This document shows positions 1 through 12,510 of a DNA stretch of 64,000 nt, piece after piece (position 1 is the first letter of the stretch; each line of letters begins with the position of its first letter). Under the pieces are notes generated by a model that searched no databases, was not told the DNA's origin, and saw nothing but the letters and a program-made list of their open reading frames with translations. The position numbers and the translations under genes are program-made. The DNA is taken from NCBI RefSeq assembly GCF_018977255.1, contig NW_024704953.1, forward strand, positions 1-64,000, given 5' to 3'. Source of the stretch: Callorhinchus milii. Lineage: Eukaryota.

Positions 1-476
1 CCTCAGAGACGATGGCGTCTGCTTCACTGTGAGACTGAAAACATCTGAAAATATTTAAAAATATTAAATCAGTTTCAATCACCTTCTATGTTGACCACTT
101 CGATTAAAATCACATCCCGAGGCTTGGCTTAGTTTATGATTGATATCAATTGATAACCATGACATACAATATCATTACAATATCGATTTATATAAACAAT
201 TAAAATATATAACATAATTAGAGTAAAACAATTGATCTCAATTGCCTGCCGTGTTTCGCCGACAAAAAGCGCGGACAATTCTTTTTACATTATACTCTGT
301 GAAGCGCTTTGAGACGCCTCATCGAAGTGACAGGCGCTATATCAATGCAAGTATTATTATTATTTTATCGCACACTGTAATGATGACATTCTCTGGTGCT
401 GTGTGGTGCTTTTTAATGGAAACAAACACTTACATTGTAAGAAGAGGAAGGAGATGGAGACACAGAGGACAGACAT
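1..476 (-). CDS. NAR-TCR V gene, cassette 0 (leader plus 5' end of V exon; truncated by left window edge)
   Basis: Leader exon 476-434 encodes MSVLCVSISFLFLQ+T, then GTAAGT. Acceptor ttttcag precedes the V exon at 44, which reads (Y)VFSLTVKQTPSSLR. Paralogous to the complete NAR-type Vs at 15.2, 36.3 and 46.25 kb. Confidence 0.85.
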
Positions 477-1109
477 CCTCTCACCGCTGAGCGATAGCGT
501 CAGCCTCGGACATCTCAGAGTTACTGTGAGTAACACAGGGCTGTGCTGTAAGAGCGTTTGAGATGAGGTTCATTTGTGATGAACAGCGTCACATCATGGC
601 TGGTGTCGGCGGCTTTGAGGAGTGGGCGGGGTTTGATTTGGTTGGGGGTTGACTCTCCCTGAGTTAAGGGACTAAAACTAACTGAAACTAAACGGACCAA
701 ACAAACTTTGCCCCAGAGCAGGTTGTAGATGTGTGTGATTTGAGGGTAACTCAATTGAAATCAACTGGACAGTTAACGAAATCCCAATTTCAGGAAGTAT
801 AAACGGACTCTGCGACTGGGAGAAGATTGTGTGGTGAAGAGAGTGGCTTTACTGAGAGTCGGGAATGAAAAATAAAGAAGCGACTAGTCTGGGTGGGGAC
901 GCCGTGCAAGGCAGCGAGGAGGGAAAATTTAGGGTGGAGTGCATATGTTAGGGCAGTAGTTGGAGTCTTTGAGTTTAGAGAGTGTGATACAGGGATTGGG
1001 AGCTGCAGGGTGACATAGAGCAGGAATAGGAGGGAGCCAGCATGGTGCACACTTTACATGATATCCTTTTATGCGTTTTAACGCTCCTCAATGGCCAGAA
1101 CATGCGCAG

Positions 1110-1168
1110 TATTACATCCAAGCAGCATTATTTGTTTGTGTCTAAGCCTGTCTTTTTATCCATCTCTT

Positions 1169-1201
<33 letters not shown>

Positions 1202-1560
1202 CTGTTTCTGTGTGTAAGTCTGTCTGTTTCTGTTTCTGTGTGTAAGTCTGCCTTCTATCTATCTATGTTTCTGTGTGTAAGTTTTTCTGTCTATCGATCT
1301 CTGTTTCTGTGTGTATGTCTGTCTATCTAACTCACTGTTTTTGTGGCTCTCTCTATGTCTGTGTCTCTGTCTGTCTGAGTCTGTCTGTGGTTGAAACCTT
1401 AGGCAAGTTTATTTACACACCCATCGCCACTCCCATCAATATTCCCATCACGCGCAGATACACACATACGCACACAGACAGACACACATACACAGACAGA
1501 CACACACACACACACACAGATGCACACCCACAGACCGACAAAGACACAAACACTCACACC
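1110..1560. repeat. Compound (TCTG)n/(TG)n/(CA)n microsatellite region
   Basis: Low-complexity repeats read directly; they explain the spurious S/V/C/L- and H/T-rich ORFs. Confidence 0.9.
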
Positions 1561-4500
1561 TCTGTTTACCTAACAGTAGATAGGACTCCGCGTTTTTATC
1601 GATTGGCTGATCGCTTTCCAGAGACAAGAAGCCCTTCAAAATAATAATAATAATTTGCTCACTATATCCACGATTGTTTGTGGATTGTGAATTTGAGACT
1701 ATCTGCCAACTATCGCCAAAAAACGCACTGTCACTGCACTTGACAGTATATCGCGCGCAGCGCTTTGAGACGTCTCCATGATGTAACGAGGTGCGATATC
1801 AAATGTAAGAGTCATTATTATGTTGTTGTCTGTTTTGAAATGAAACAATCTTCTTTACAATCGGCAATTGTGTTGAGGATCGAAATGATTGAGGAAGTGT
1901 TAGGTTGAACTGATCATTCGTGCATAACAGAATTTTGTGATTATCTAAAATATTACCAGTTTGTTTCCTCCCTTGAGACGTCGTAACGACATCATAAGGT
2001 CTTATATCAGATGCAAGGATTATCTTATATATTTTTGACTGTTAATAAAAATAATATTCCTTGTATTTAGTATAAAGTTTCCACATGTTCTGAATATTTC
2101 TAAGCGATTCACAGGATATACCGTGGAGTGTAGTAACTGTTTGGTTGTGGGCGAAAAGCGGCAGCGAATTGCGCCAAGCGGTGTCCGCACAAACAGTCGT
2201 GGAGTGAAGAAACCAATTTATTATTGTGTTTTATTTCTTGAGGGATCATTATCATCCATACCTGTGTATGTGCGTGTGTGTGTCTGGCGGGGGGTTGTGT
2301 TCATCGTGAAAGTCTATGCAATTTGGGTCTGTGTGTGAGGGTGAGGTGACAATATGAAGATGCTGGAGCCAGGGTTATGCAGATAATCATAATAATATTT
2401 ACATTTCACATGGACACTTATCACGCCCCAAAGCGCTTCACAAAATACGTTGTAAAGTGGGTTGTCTATATATTGTGAGCAAAATTGGAAGCAACAGTTT
2501 CCCACAAACGGAGGTGAATAATTTGACCGAATTACTATCTTACTCATATTTGTATGTATTCATGTATTTCGTTATTTACTTACAAATTGATGTACTTGCT
2601 TGTCAATTTACATTTGGTGTCCATAGTTTACTGCAGTGCCTTGGGACGTCCTCCCGACGTGAAAGACGCTCAATATAATGGAATCTTGTTGTTGTTGTTG
2701 TTGTTGTTGCAGAAAGCCATCCGAGAATGGATGGTCAATCGGGTTCCGACTCACTGCTTACTAAAGAAAGGCGTACGGTGTAGGAAATTGTCTAAGTTTT
2801 ATTCGCTCCATGGGCCAAACCCAGGTCATTTCGCTTGCAGCACCAGTACTCTGAACTCTAAACTACAGGACAACACATTACTACCATGCTAAGCCCTGGT
2901 GAGGGGTTCTCTGGATGCGGAAGCTGCTTTGCAACAGCCACTTTTATTGTTTTGCTATATGGCGGCATCTAACGGTGTTTCACGAGAATGACAGTGTATG
3001 TGTGGTCTCGGGATGAGTTGATTTATGAATCATGCAAGTTGGTTAAGATTTTCCCGTGTATACAGTGCAGGCAGTACAAGTCGTATAACATTAATATTCC
3101 TCTCGGATAAAGAACCTCCATCTCAAGACATTCCTCTTGAACAAGCCTTTCCCAACACATAATATCTTCTTTCACTCAGTTCCGCCCCCCAAGAGCTCAA
3201 CACCGCAGCGTCCAATCCCACTTCCCATCCCCCCACACCAAACTCCCACCCCAACCATCTCTAAACACTGGCTTCAATACCCCCCAACCACACATCCTCC
3301 AAATCTCGGATACAAAGCTCGACTATCCAAAGCATTGGGACATTTTCCCGAAGTAAAAATTGCTATACCAATATAACATAGTCTTTGCTTTGAAGTGTAA
3401 GCGGCAACGTTGGTAAGTTTGCAAGGCGGTTCTGCTTGAAGCTAAAATGGCCCGAATGTGACACATTTTGCAATAGGAATATTTGGATCGAGCAAACCTC
3501 TTTAATGGTTTCTAGTCCGGTTCATGAGCCAGAGGGGTCCATAGTATTCCAGGCACTCATTGCTCATGGCAGCACAGCCCAGCCTGGTCCAACTGCAAGA
3601 AATGGAATGGCCGACCAGTCACTAGGGGTAGGGAAATCTCCCACTCATCTCCTGTTAACCCTGCAGCCAAAAAACGAACAGCTCGGCCCTTGCTGGAGAA
3701 ACTGTGAGAAAGCTTGCCAGATAGCAATATCAAGGCCAAGCTGTGACGTTTTAGCTGCTTAGTCTCCAGCCGATACTCAAGCAGCACAATCTGGATTTGA
3801 TCAAGTCTCGGCTCTCGAGAAACTGCGCCTAATATTTTCTGGAATTTGGAATTCAGGGAGAGTGTGGGCCTTCTATTCCAACAAACTGTCTCTGCAATTT
3901 CCACGTGTAGGTGGGATCATTGGATATCTCAGCTTGCTTAGGAACAATTAGTCATGCCCATGGGCTGCACTGTGTTATAGAAAACAGGATGACCCCAAAC
4001 GACGGTGAAGTAAGTGACTGTGCAAACGATTGTGAGAATGTTTTACAATATACGGTGCACATGTTTGCAGAAACAGACATCAAGGTAAAAGATTTATTTA
4101 GTCTCATGGACAGCTGGTGAGGAACATGCAGACATTTTGCAGTGTATAATATTAACCGCTTTGAGGATTTTCGATGACGTAAAAACGCGCTTCATCAAAT
4201 GTGCAGTTTAATATTATTTCTTCCACGATTTACAAATATTTTTTTCACTGTGATACCACTGAATCTTTTATTCTGGTTGGAAACTAATCAGTGTTTCCTT
4301 TGAGAGACACAGCAACAATTTCACAATTTGTCAAATAGGTCAACTGCCAGGATCAACATGTGTGCTGATCTGAATCCCTTTATCTTCCCTTTGGGGGTTG
4401 ACGTTCAGAGATGTAGTCGCATTGAAGCATTGGTATGTTTCCATATGAAACGCAAGAATTATTATTATGTCTGAAATGTCTCAAAAGACTTGACAGGGTA

Positions 4501-4779
4501 ACTGTTATAAATATATAATAATCCTTGCATTGGATGTGGCGCCTTAAAACGTCTTCTAGATGACTAACGCCTTCACCGAATACACTGCAACGCGAATTTT
4601 CTGTAGATTTTGTCGGAAAATGTGGAAATTGCAGTTTGTATCTATTCTCCTTTCTTCCTTAGAGTCAAACAGGCACTGTTACAAAATGTTTTGTATCGCT
4701 GTATTTGCATAATACAGCAAATCAATGGAAATGATGAAATCATAGAATTATACGGAACACAAGGTGGCCATTCGGCCCA

Positions 4780-5450
4780 TCGTTTCTGTTCCGGTTCTTT
4801 GAAAAGAGCTACTCAATTCAAACACCTCCCCGCACTTTCGCCATTAAACTGAAAACTGGTCATCTCCAAATAGTTGTCTACCTCTCTTTTAAACGTTGTT
4901 ATTAAATCAGTGGCCATCACCCTTTAAGGCAATGCATCTCAAATCCAAACAAATCGCTTTGGAAAAAAACATTTCCACTCGCCTAACCTCTATTCCTTTT
5001 GCAACTATTTTAAGTCGGTGCCCTCGTATTACCGAACAACCCGCTTTTGGAAACAGTTTCTGCTTGTTAAACCTAATGAAGTCCTTTATTATTTTGAAAT
5101 AATCTATCATATCTACTCGTATCCGCCCTTCTCCAAGGAGAGTAATGCTAGATTTTCAAGCCTCTCCTGACAACTGAAGTCCCTCATTCCTGGTACCGTC
5201 CTGGTAAATCTACTTTGCACCATCTCCAGTGCATTGACATCCGTCTTAAGTGTGGGGCCCAGTCTGAGCACAGTCTACAGCTGAGGCTTAAATAGTGTTT
5301 TATAAACGTTCGTCATAAATTTCTGATTTTGTATTCTATTCCCGTATGTATAAAGCCTAATATCTCCCGTATGATTTTTTAGAGAGCTGTATCTGCATGT
5401 CCTGCCATCTTCAATGATTCACTTATATTACGTGGACTGTTGCAGCTAAC
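4780..5450 (-). mobile_element. CR1 LINE 3' fragment (decayed RT C-terminus)
   Basis: Minus-strand translation around 5.1-5.3 kb gives DVNALEMVQSRFTRTVPGMRDFSCQERLENLALLSLEK, matching the CR1 ORF2 C-terminal motif; stops elsewhere. Confidence 0.75.
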
Positions 5451-5662
5451 AGAATGTTCATTTTACATTCTGAAGTTACGGAGAAAAATAATTACGAGGA
5501 TCTTCAGCAGACAGATTCACTTGTGGTGAATGTGGTTTTCCCTCAAACACGTTGCACACAAAGCCTAACTCTGAATATACAGAAAGAGGTCAGATGGATA
5601 GACCAAGCTCACACAGCCAGGGTAGTTATTGTACGAGGCGGTGGCTGGTTCCGGTCACTGTG

Positions 5663-6544
5663 AGTACATCAGGTGTGAGAGCACAGAGATACACAGCGCT
5701 GTCAGACACCAGCAGCTCAAAGATGGATAATCTGGTGGCAGATTGGGAAGTGAGAAGCCGAGAAGAGAATCGAATTCCAATTCCTTCTCCTTTTCTTTCC
5801 TGATTGTCATATGAATCCCTTCATAGTATGAACTCTGGCTGTTTGCCTGTGTGGTGTCGGTACCAGAACAGGTAGTAATATCTCTCAGTCGTGGAATAGC
5901 TACATTCAAACGTCACCGTTTCTCTTTCTGTCTTCAGCATCAGTGCATCCTTCTGACTGACAGAGTCCCCACCACAGAGATCTGTAATAGACATGAAAGA
6001 TCACGACAATACATTATTCACTATTTGCCTGAATTATTTTACACCACCTTGTGACATCATCCTGCTGAAGCGATAGGCGCTATACGTTTTGTTACTTATC
6101 AAATAATAATCATCCATACAATTTATGTAACACATTGTCACGTCTACGAGTCTTCTTACGTTAATTGCTGTGTATTTTCAAGGGCGAAACGCATCCGTCA
6201 ATTGCACAAAACAGTGTTTCTCAAACAGTCGTCCATTGAATGAACACATTATTATTTATGGGATTATTACCGACGGGTTCAACCCTGGTTACATGGCGAC
6301 CGGGTTCCAGCTGACTACTGGGCAAAAAGTCGCGTTCGTGTGAAGTAAGGACACGTGCCCAAAGTTTTTCCAATCTGGGAATCGAACCTCTCACTTATGA
6401 TGCTAATGCTCTATCCAAAAGATACAGGACTCCATTAACTGTTGTTGAAATAGATCTGACAATCAGCAGCACCACTGAATCAGCTCAACACGACCTCACC
6501 TGACATAAGTTTCCCAGCACCAGACAGAGAGCAAACAGCTTCAT
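5663..6544 (-). pseudogene. TCR alpha/delta V pseudogene (family 1)
   Basis: V exon 5981-5663 (DLCGGDSVSQKD...ECSYSTTERYYYLFWYRH...PEFIL*RDS...DSAVYLCALT) has an in-frame TGA. Leader 6544-6500 is 1 nt shorter than its paralogs (phase 0 instead of 1). 23-RSS is intact: CACAGTG 5662-5656, 23 nt, ACAATAACT. Confidence 0.85.
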
Positions 6545-6997
6545 TGCTGCTCTTCAGTCAGTGTGGTTGTGTCTGTGACATCAATTTGCTGATAACAGCC
6601 AATTGAGCACAGCAGTATCCCACATATAGTCGTGGATTTATTGACCTTTTTTTTAAAATTAAATGTAAAGGTGTGACGAACACGTGGAAGTATTGTAAAA
6701 AATAATAAATTACATTTGCAAAGCGAAATAAATCGACAGTAAGTGGAGCTGTAATGCATAACTCGTTTGCCAAATGCTGTCTGCATTTATTGTGACAGAT
6801 AACAATGTGAGCGTTGAGCTGACAAGTCGATGTGAGGTTAATGTGGTTTCCTCTGAGTCTGGTTACACATACGTCTGCTTCCCGCGGGGCCTCAAGGCCT
6901 GAACAAGGTTCCGCACACACTTCAACAGAGAGATCATCCCTATGTACAAAGTGAAGTCACTTTTTGTACGAGACTTGCAGTGCAGTCTATCATTGTG

Positions 6998-7970
6998 GTG
7001 ACTCTCAAGGCACAGTAATACACAGCGCTGTCAGACACCACCAGTTCAGAGATGGATAAACTGGTGAATGAGTTTGATTTCTGGAGCTCAGCAGAGAAAC
7101 GGTTTTCAAATCCTTTTCCTTTGTCGGGATTATCACTGTGACTGTATCTGCTAATTATAAACTCCGGCAGCTTTTCCTTGTAATGTCGGTACCAGAACAG
7201 ATAGAAATAGCTTTGAGTCGTGGAATAGCTGCATTCAAAAGTCACCGACTCTCCTTCTGTCCTAACCATTGGGGCAGCTTTCTGACTGACAGAGTCCCCA
7301 CCACAGAGATCTGTAACAAATAGGGAACAGAACGAAAATTTTGCATTCACTCTTTGGCAGAGTTAGTTCTCCATCGCCTTGGAGTTTCTTCCAGAAGCGA
7401 AACGCGCTATACACATGAAATTGTTTAATCATGAAATAATATTCATGAATGTATTTTATATAGCACATTCTCACGTCGTTCAGACGTTTGCAGGAACCAC
7501 ACAGAGCAGATGGTACAGTGAATTGCTGTGTATCTTTGTCGGCGAAATTGGCACAGCAGTGTTTCACAACCAGTCGTGGAATCGGTATCCGAATTATCAT
7601 TTAATCTTTTTAATGCACTGCAGCCTCTGGAAAAGAGCTTCGCCGTTCCAACAAAAACGTTTGAATTCAGAAACTATTATTATTTGGACAGGTGTTTAGC
7701 CCCACTTTCTAAAACAACGGAGATCGCATTAATGCAGATAAACAGAGCCGGACGTTTTGAGTAAGGAAACTTGCACAAGGTTTCACCCTGTCCGGGAATC
7801 GAACCCAGGTCCTCTAGCTTGCGAGGCGAGTGCTCTCTCCACCGAGATACAGGACTCCACCAAGTGTTGCTGAAATGGACTCGACAATCAGCAGCGACGC
7901 TGAATCAGCTCAACACGGCCTCACCTGACATAAAGGTTCCCAGCACCAGACAGACAGCAAACAGACTCAT
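6998..7970 (-). CDS. TCR alpha/delta V gene (family 1), apparently functional
   Basis: Leader 7970-7925 MSLFAVCLVLGTFMS+G/GTGAGG. V exon 7310-6998 is open with Cys, WYR and YYC (…DSAVYYCALRVT). RSS CACAATG-23-ACAAAAAGT (6997-6959). Confidence 0.92.
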
Positions 7971-8599
7971 TGCTACTCTTTCGTCTGTGTGGTTGTGTCT
8001 GTGCCATCAGTTTGCTGATAACCCGCAGTGATTGTCGGCATTGGCGGAGCCACAGTCTCACGTCACCTCATTGGCATCTCAGCCGCGTTTCAATACAACC
8101 ACCGATTGCTTTTATAAAACGGGTTTCACCAGTCACTGGGGGCAGGGAATCCTCCCACTCAGCTCTTGTTAATCCTGCAAGATAAAGTTCTAACGAGAAA
8201 GATGGTGACAGCTGGACGAACAGCGGAGAAGCTTGCTATTCAGCGATGTCAATTGCAAGCTGCGTGTTTTAATTAGTAGGACTCCATCGGATACACTTCG
8301 CAAACTCAGAGGTCACCAAGCATTGGTTCCTGCCAGCCAGCAGCTAATAATCTCCGGAATTGGTAAAGCAGGACCTGTCTCTCCAGGCAGAGAGTTTGCA
8401 TTCCTTTCCGACAACCAATCTCTGGCATTTCCAAGTATAGGTGGGATACATGAGAATCTCACCTTGGTTTGGAGACTCTTAAGAATGGTACAGGCATCTG
8501 TGTACCACCCCAAAATAAAACACTTGAAAAATGTGTAATGTCTCCATTTTCGTTAACAAAATCATTCAGCATCATGACTTGGTAAGTAATAGTAACTCG

Positions 8600-8613
8600 C
8601 CGCCCTCTAGAGG
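8600..8613 (-). promoter_or_regulatory. Candidate CTCF-binding motif
   Basis: Minus strand CCTCTAGAGGGCGG matches the CTCF core CCASYAGRKGGCRS at 13/14 positions; motif match only. Confidence 0.45.
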
Positions 8614-8699
8614 CCACTGGGCCATAGCTCAACCTTGCCTTCATATTTGATGCCAAACTTGAACTGAAGCAATGATTGTAGTAATAATGTGTTGAGGTT

Positions 8700-9160
8700 C
8701 CCAGTGGCTTATATCACCTGAGGCTCTGAGTACAGTAACACACCCCGCAGTCAGTCACTGTGACGGTACAAATAATGAAGCCCCAAATCCCACAGACTAA
8801 ATCCTCGCCTCACAATTATGTTGAGCTGTTCTGTGCCCCAAAGGGCAATTTGTCAGTGTAATAGTTCACATTGCAATACTGAATATTGCCACTGGCAATA
8901 ATAGCTCAATTCACTTTTTCCTTCGTGGGCTGGCAATCAGGATCCTTCGTGCTGTCCAATATTTTGCTCTGGCAGGAATCGAACCCGGGTCTCTCGCTCG
9001 CAAAGCGAAGGCTTTGAACTCTGAGTTGCATTACTCCACTGATAAAACCTATGGAATCAATGCTGATATCTGACTGAAACGTTGCCTATTTGCCGTAAAT
9101 GAATACCTCTCAGGAAAGCAAGAAATGAGCGATAACCCAGAACATAAAGTGCCCCATCAT
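8700..9160 (-). pseudogene. V relic (3' YYC-like fragment at ~8.70-8.77 kb plus stop-containing leader-like exon at 9160-9107)
   Basis: Minus strand reads VTVTDCGVCYCTQSL followed by a degenerate RSS-like sequence. Upstream MMGHFMFWVIAHFLLS* lies in a flank homologous to the leaders at 58.77 and 60.54 kb. Confidence 0.5.
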
Positions 9161-10485
9161 CTGAGCTCTATCTGCAGATGCCCAATGATCACCTGTAAGA
9201 TATTTGAGGTGATTGGCACCAGTCCACAGAGTTATGACGTGTGCTTTCATTTACACCGTCCAATAGGTTAAGTGTAAAACATCCACCAGATCAGAAACAA
9301 AGTCCAATAAATTATTTTTATTTGATTAGAAACATACAACCATAGGTTCCTGGAATATAACATAACAGATGGAGGCCATTCTGCCCATCGAAACAGTGCT
9401 ATGCCATGAAAGATTTAATAATTCCTTGCATAAAGGTGAAAATGAAAATTGCAAACTTAGTCTGTGACTGTTTGTTGAACACCGCTTTGCGAAATTGCCT
9501 GCCGCACTTCCACAATATACAGACAATTCACTTTATAGTGTATTCCGTGAAGCATTTTAAGACGCCGTGATTGATAAAGCGCTATATCAAGTGCAAGCAT
9601 TATTTAATTATTAAATATATTGATATTCAATTTCTATTTTAGACTTGCCTTTCAGGTTTGACCCGTGAAGTTGATGTGAAAGAGCTAAGCAATCGTACCT
9701 ACTCCCCTATTATTTCCCAATAGCTCTGTATTTTTTTTCCTATGTAAGTACCTGTCCAATTCCGCTTTGAAAGCTGTTATCGAATGTGGTTCCATCAAAC
9801 ATTCAGACATTACATTCTGAAGACTAACACGTCTCCGAGTTCATCAATGTCGCCTCATCTCTCCTCCAGATATTTTGCAAATTATCTTCAATCTGCAAAA
9901 TAAAGTCAGGAGCTGTACACGTTTTATATGTAAACGAAGTGTGACATGCGCTATCCGTTAAGAGGTTGGACTGAAAGTCAATACTCGTTTAAATCATGTT
10001 CCAATCATAAAATATTAATGTCAAAAAACATGTCCCTGAAGTTGGTGCAGTTAAACCTCACTGACACCAAAGATCTGAAACTATGTGGTCAAAAGTGCAA
10101 AAATACTGAGAAAGTGGGAAATCTCAGATTGTTGCGTATGATATAATGTGAAAAATCGTGACTGTAGCTTTAAGTAAACTTACAATCAATTAACGTCAGA
10201 GGGTATCCTGTAATAGCGCTTTGAGAAGCCTGGAACACCTGATCAGAGGCTATATTAAATGTAAGGATAATTATTATTTATTTCACTCTTTCCCGACATG
10301 AAACACTCCATCACATTTTGCTTTTGGTTGGCAGTTATCATATGTTTCCTATGAGAGACACAGCGGCAAAGTTACAAACTGTTAAATAGGTCAACAGTCA
10401 GGAATAACATCTGTATTGAGATGAAACCCTTTCTCTCCTCTTTGAAGGGTTTTGTACAGTGGTGTAGTCTGACAGCAACACTGTG

Positions 10486-10770
10486 TGTGTTATGGCAGAT
10501 TAATGGTTGGTGTTAGATAGAGCCATTGGGAAAATGGACACATTGGATCTCTTCGTCCTCGTGTCCAGATTTGGCGCTAAATGTTGTGTTGCAAACTCAG
10601 CCCAGAAAGTGTCTCCATCATCAAAATGTCTCCGCGTTTACAGATGATGCTCCCCTGGATATTGACTCTATCAGAACATTAAAACATTGTTGAGATCAGC
10701 AGATTAGGTGCAGCTCAGGGTTACAGTCTGACCTTCAGTAACAGACACTTCCATTGTGATTTGAAATAAA
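10486..10770 (-). pseudogene. TCR V pseudogene with intact 23-RSS, ~1 kb downstream of supporting V A
   Basis: Frameshifted, stop-containing V remnant (…FSAK…SNVSIFPMALSNTNH*SAIT) ending at CACAGTG (10485-10479), 23 nt, ACAAAACCC. Paralogs at 40.8, 50.7 and 61.7 kb. Confidence 0.7.
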
Positions 10771-10989
10771 TGATTATGCAGAATTCATCTGCTGTAAGCT
10801 ACATAATAATAATCATTGCATTTGATGGAGTCAATGTGTGTTTCCTGCAGGAGCGCACAGCAGTGTCCCACGAACAGTCGTGTATTGAGGGACCAAACTA
10901 TTTCTATTTAACCTATAAGGGAAAACCTCTCTGATAAAGGCAAGGATTAATCAGTAACAATACCAACTTATTTAATGCATGAGTTACTG

Positions 10990-11165
10990 TCTCGGAGAAT
11001 GATCAGATAGTCGACTAACAAAGGGTTCGTACTCACAGCTAATAAAGCAGAAGTGTTTGTGGATTGAGGACATTTGCCCAACATTTCTCCCAGCCTGGGA
11101 TTCGAACCCAGGTCCTCTCGCTTGCGAATCGAGTTATCTAACCACTGAGGCACTGGACTCCACTG
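10990..11165 (-). mobile_element. tRNA-derived SINE (one of many copies)
   Basis: Minus strand gtggagtccagtgcctcagtggttagataactcgattcgcaagcgagaggacctgggttcgaatccc: tRNA-like A/B-box head followed by the shared family body. Confidence 0.75.
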
Positions 11166-11705
11166 ACAGTAAAATATCACATCACGGATTCTCATTGTAT
11201 ATATATTTTTTATTATTGACACTTGGTGCATATTATTATTTTACTGACCATAATCCTACAGAATTTTGAATCACCTCTCTCACTCTGAAAAAGAAACTGT
11301 TGGTTGCGACGATTTTACTACGAAATAAAATGAAATTTACATCGTAATCTCTGAAGCGCTTTTTGACGTCTCAACGAAGTGATACGCCACGACATCAAAC
11401 ACAAGGACGATAACATTTTATTAGGTTTTTATTACCGTAATTATGAACATCTGTAACTCACTAATTATCCGAATTCCGACAATGGTTCATCACAGTGTAA
11501 TATGTGTTGGTGAAAAAAAAATATTCAGCGAGTAAAATATCACATATTTTAAATGAATTAATATGAGCTCAATCAGTTAAAAGCCATGGTGGCAGTTTGG
11601 AAAAGGTTTGTTACACTGTCTGTCACTGACTGTACTGTATTGTTTTCCAGCTTTGGTTGTGATGAGGGTTATTGTACGAGGCTTCCTATGATGTGTATCA
11701 CTGTG

Positions 11706-12007
11706 GTGCAGACTGAGTGCACAGTGGTACATAGCGGAGTCTGTCAGCCGCAGGCCGGCGATGGTTAAAACGCAGATTTTCTTGGCAGTGTCAAGAGAAG
11801 CAGAAATGTGATCTCTAGTGGGGTTCCCTCCCTCTCCTGAGGGTTTTCTGTGGAGCAGGTATTTGAGTTCCTCGCCAGGGGTCTGACGGTACCAGGAGAC
11901 GTTGAAATCCTTTCCACAGAATCCTGAATATTGGCAATGTAAATGTATCCTCTCACCAGAAAAAGCACTTTGCTCAGGCGGTGACTGGGAAACTGTATAT
12001 CTGGATC
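11706..12007 (-). CDS. TRDV: Leaderless NAR-TCR-supporting TCR-delta V, cassette A (open)
   Basis: Acceptor cccgcag, then phase-1 exon GSRYTVSQSPPEQSAFSGERIHLHCQYSGFCGKDFNVSWYRQ…KKICVLTIAGLRLTDSAMYHCALSLH. CDR1 Cys is present and no leader was found between it and J A. RSS CACAGTG 11705-11699, 23 nt, ACAATAACC. Confidence 0.9.
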
Positions 12008-12033
12008 CTGCGGGACGCAAATTACAGGTTACT

Positions 12034-12510
12034 TAGAATTATGGCATCATGGAACCTAACCCAAACACAACCCTTTCAGGCAGTGCATTGCAGACTGTAA
12101 CAACTTTCTTTGCAAAAAAAAATCCTCATTATCTCACCTCTGGACCTTTTACCACTTAACATAAATTTGGGTTCACTGGTTACTGAAACGCTGACCAATG
12201 AGAATATTTTATATTGATCCAATCTATCACACGACCTCACAAATATGAACACTTCAATCAAATCTGCACTCAACTTTCGGTCTCTAAGCAGAACATTACC
12301 AGAGACCCGAGTATCTTCATTTGAATGAAGCCTCTCGCCCTGGGCATCATTCAATAAAATCTCCTTCGAACCCTGTCCAAGGCCATAGCACTTTCCCCAA
12401 CGTGTCCGTGAAAATCTTTATACTAAATGTAAGAATCACTGTTCAATGAACGGTAGAAAGAGCCGAGGAATGGATAAAATTTGAGTGCTGCTCTGCACCA
12501 TCCAACGTGT
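12034..12510 (-). mobile_element. CR1 LINE 3' end abutting the supporting V A acceptor
   Basis: Decayed ALDRVRRRF-type motif and a CR1-like 3' tail ending 26 nt before the exon. The same element is present in all four supporting-V introns. Confidence 0.75.

Noticed and set aside
1042-1644. ORFs over microsatellites (also 12.6-13.1, 16.2-16.6, 37.8-38.6 and 44.8-45.2 kb)
   Set aside because: Low-complexity translations of simple repeats or N gaps, with no protein-like features.
3560-3900. Repeat family also seen at ~8.1-8.5, 42.2-42.4 and 47.8-48.0 kb as a novel gene
   Set aside because: The copies are decayed with no consistent frame. Probably an old transposon fragment that I cannot classify without a database search.
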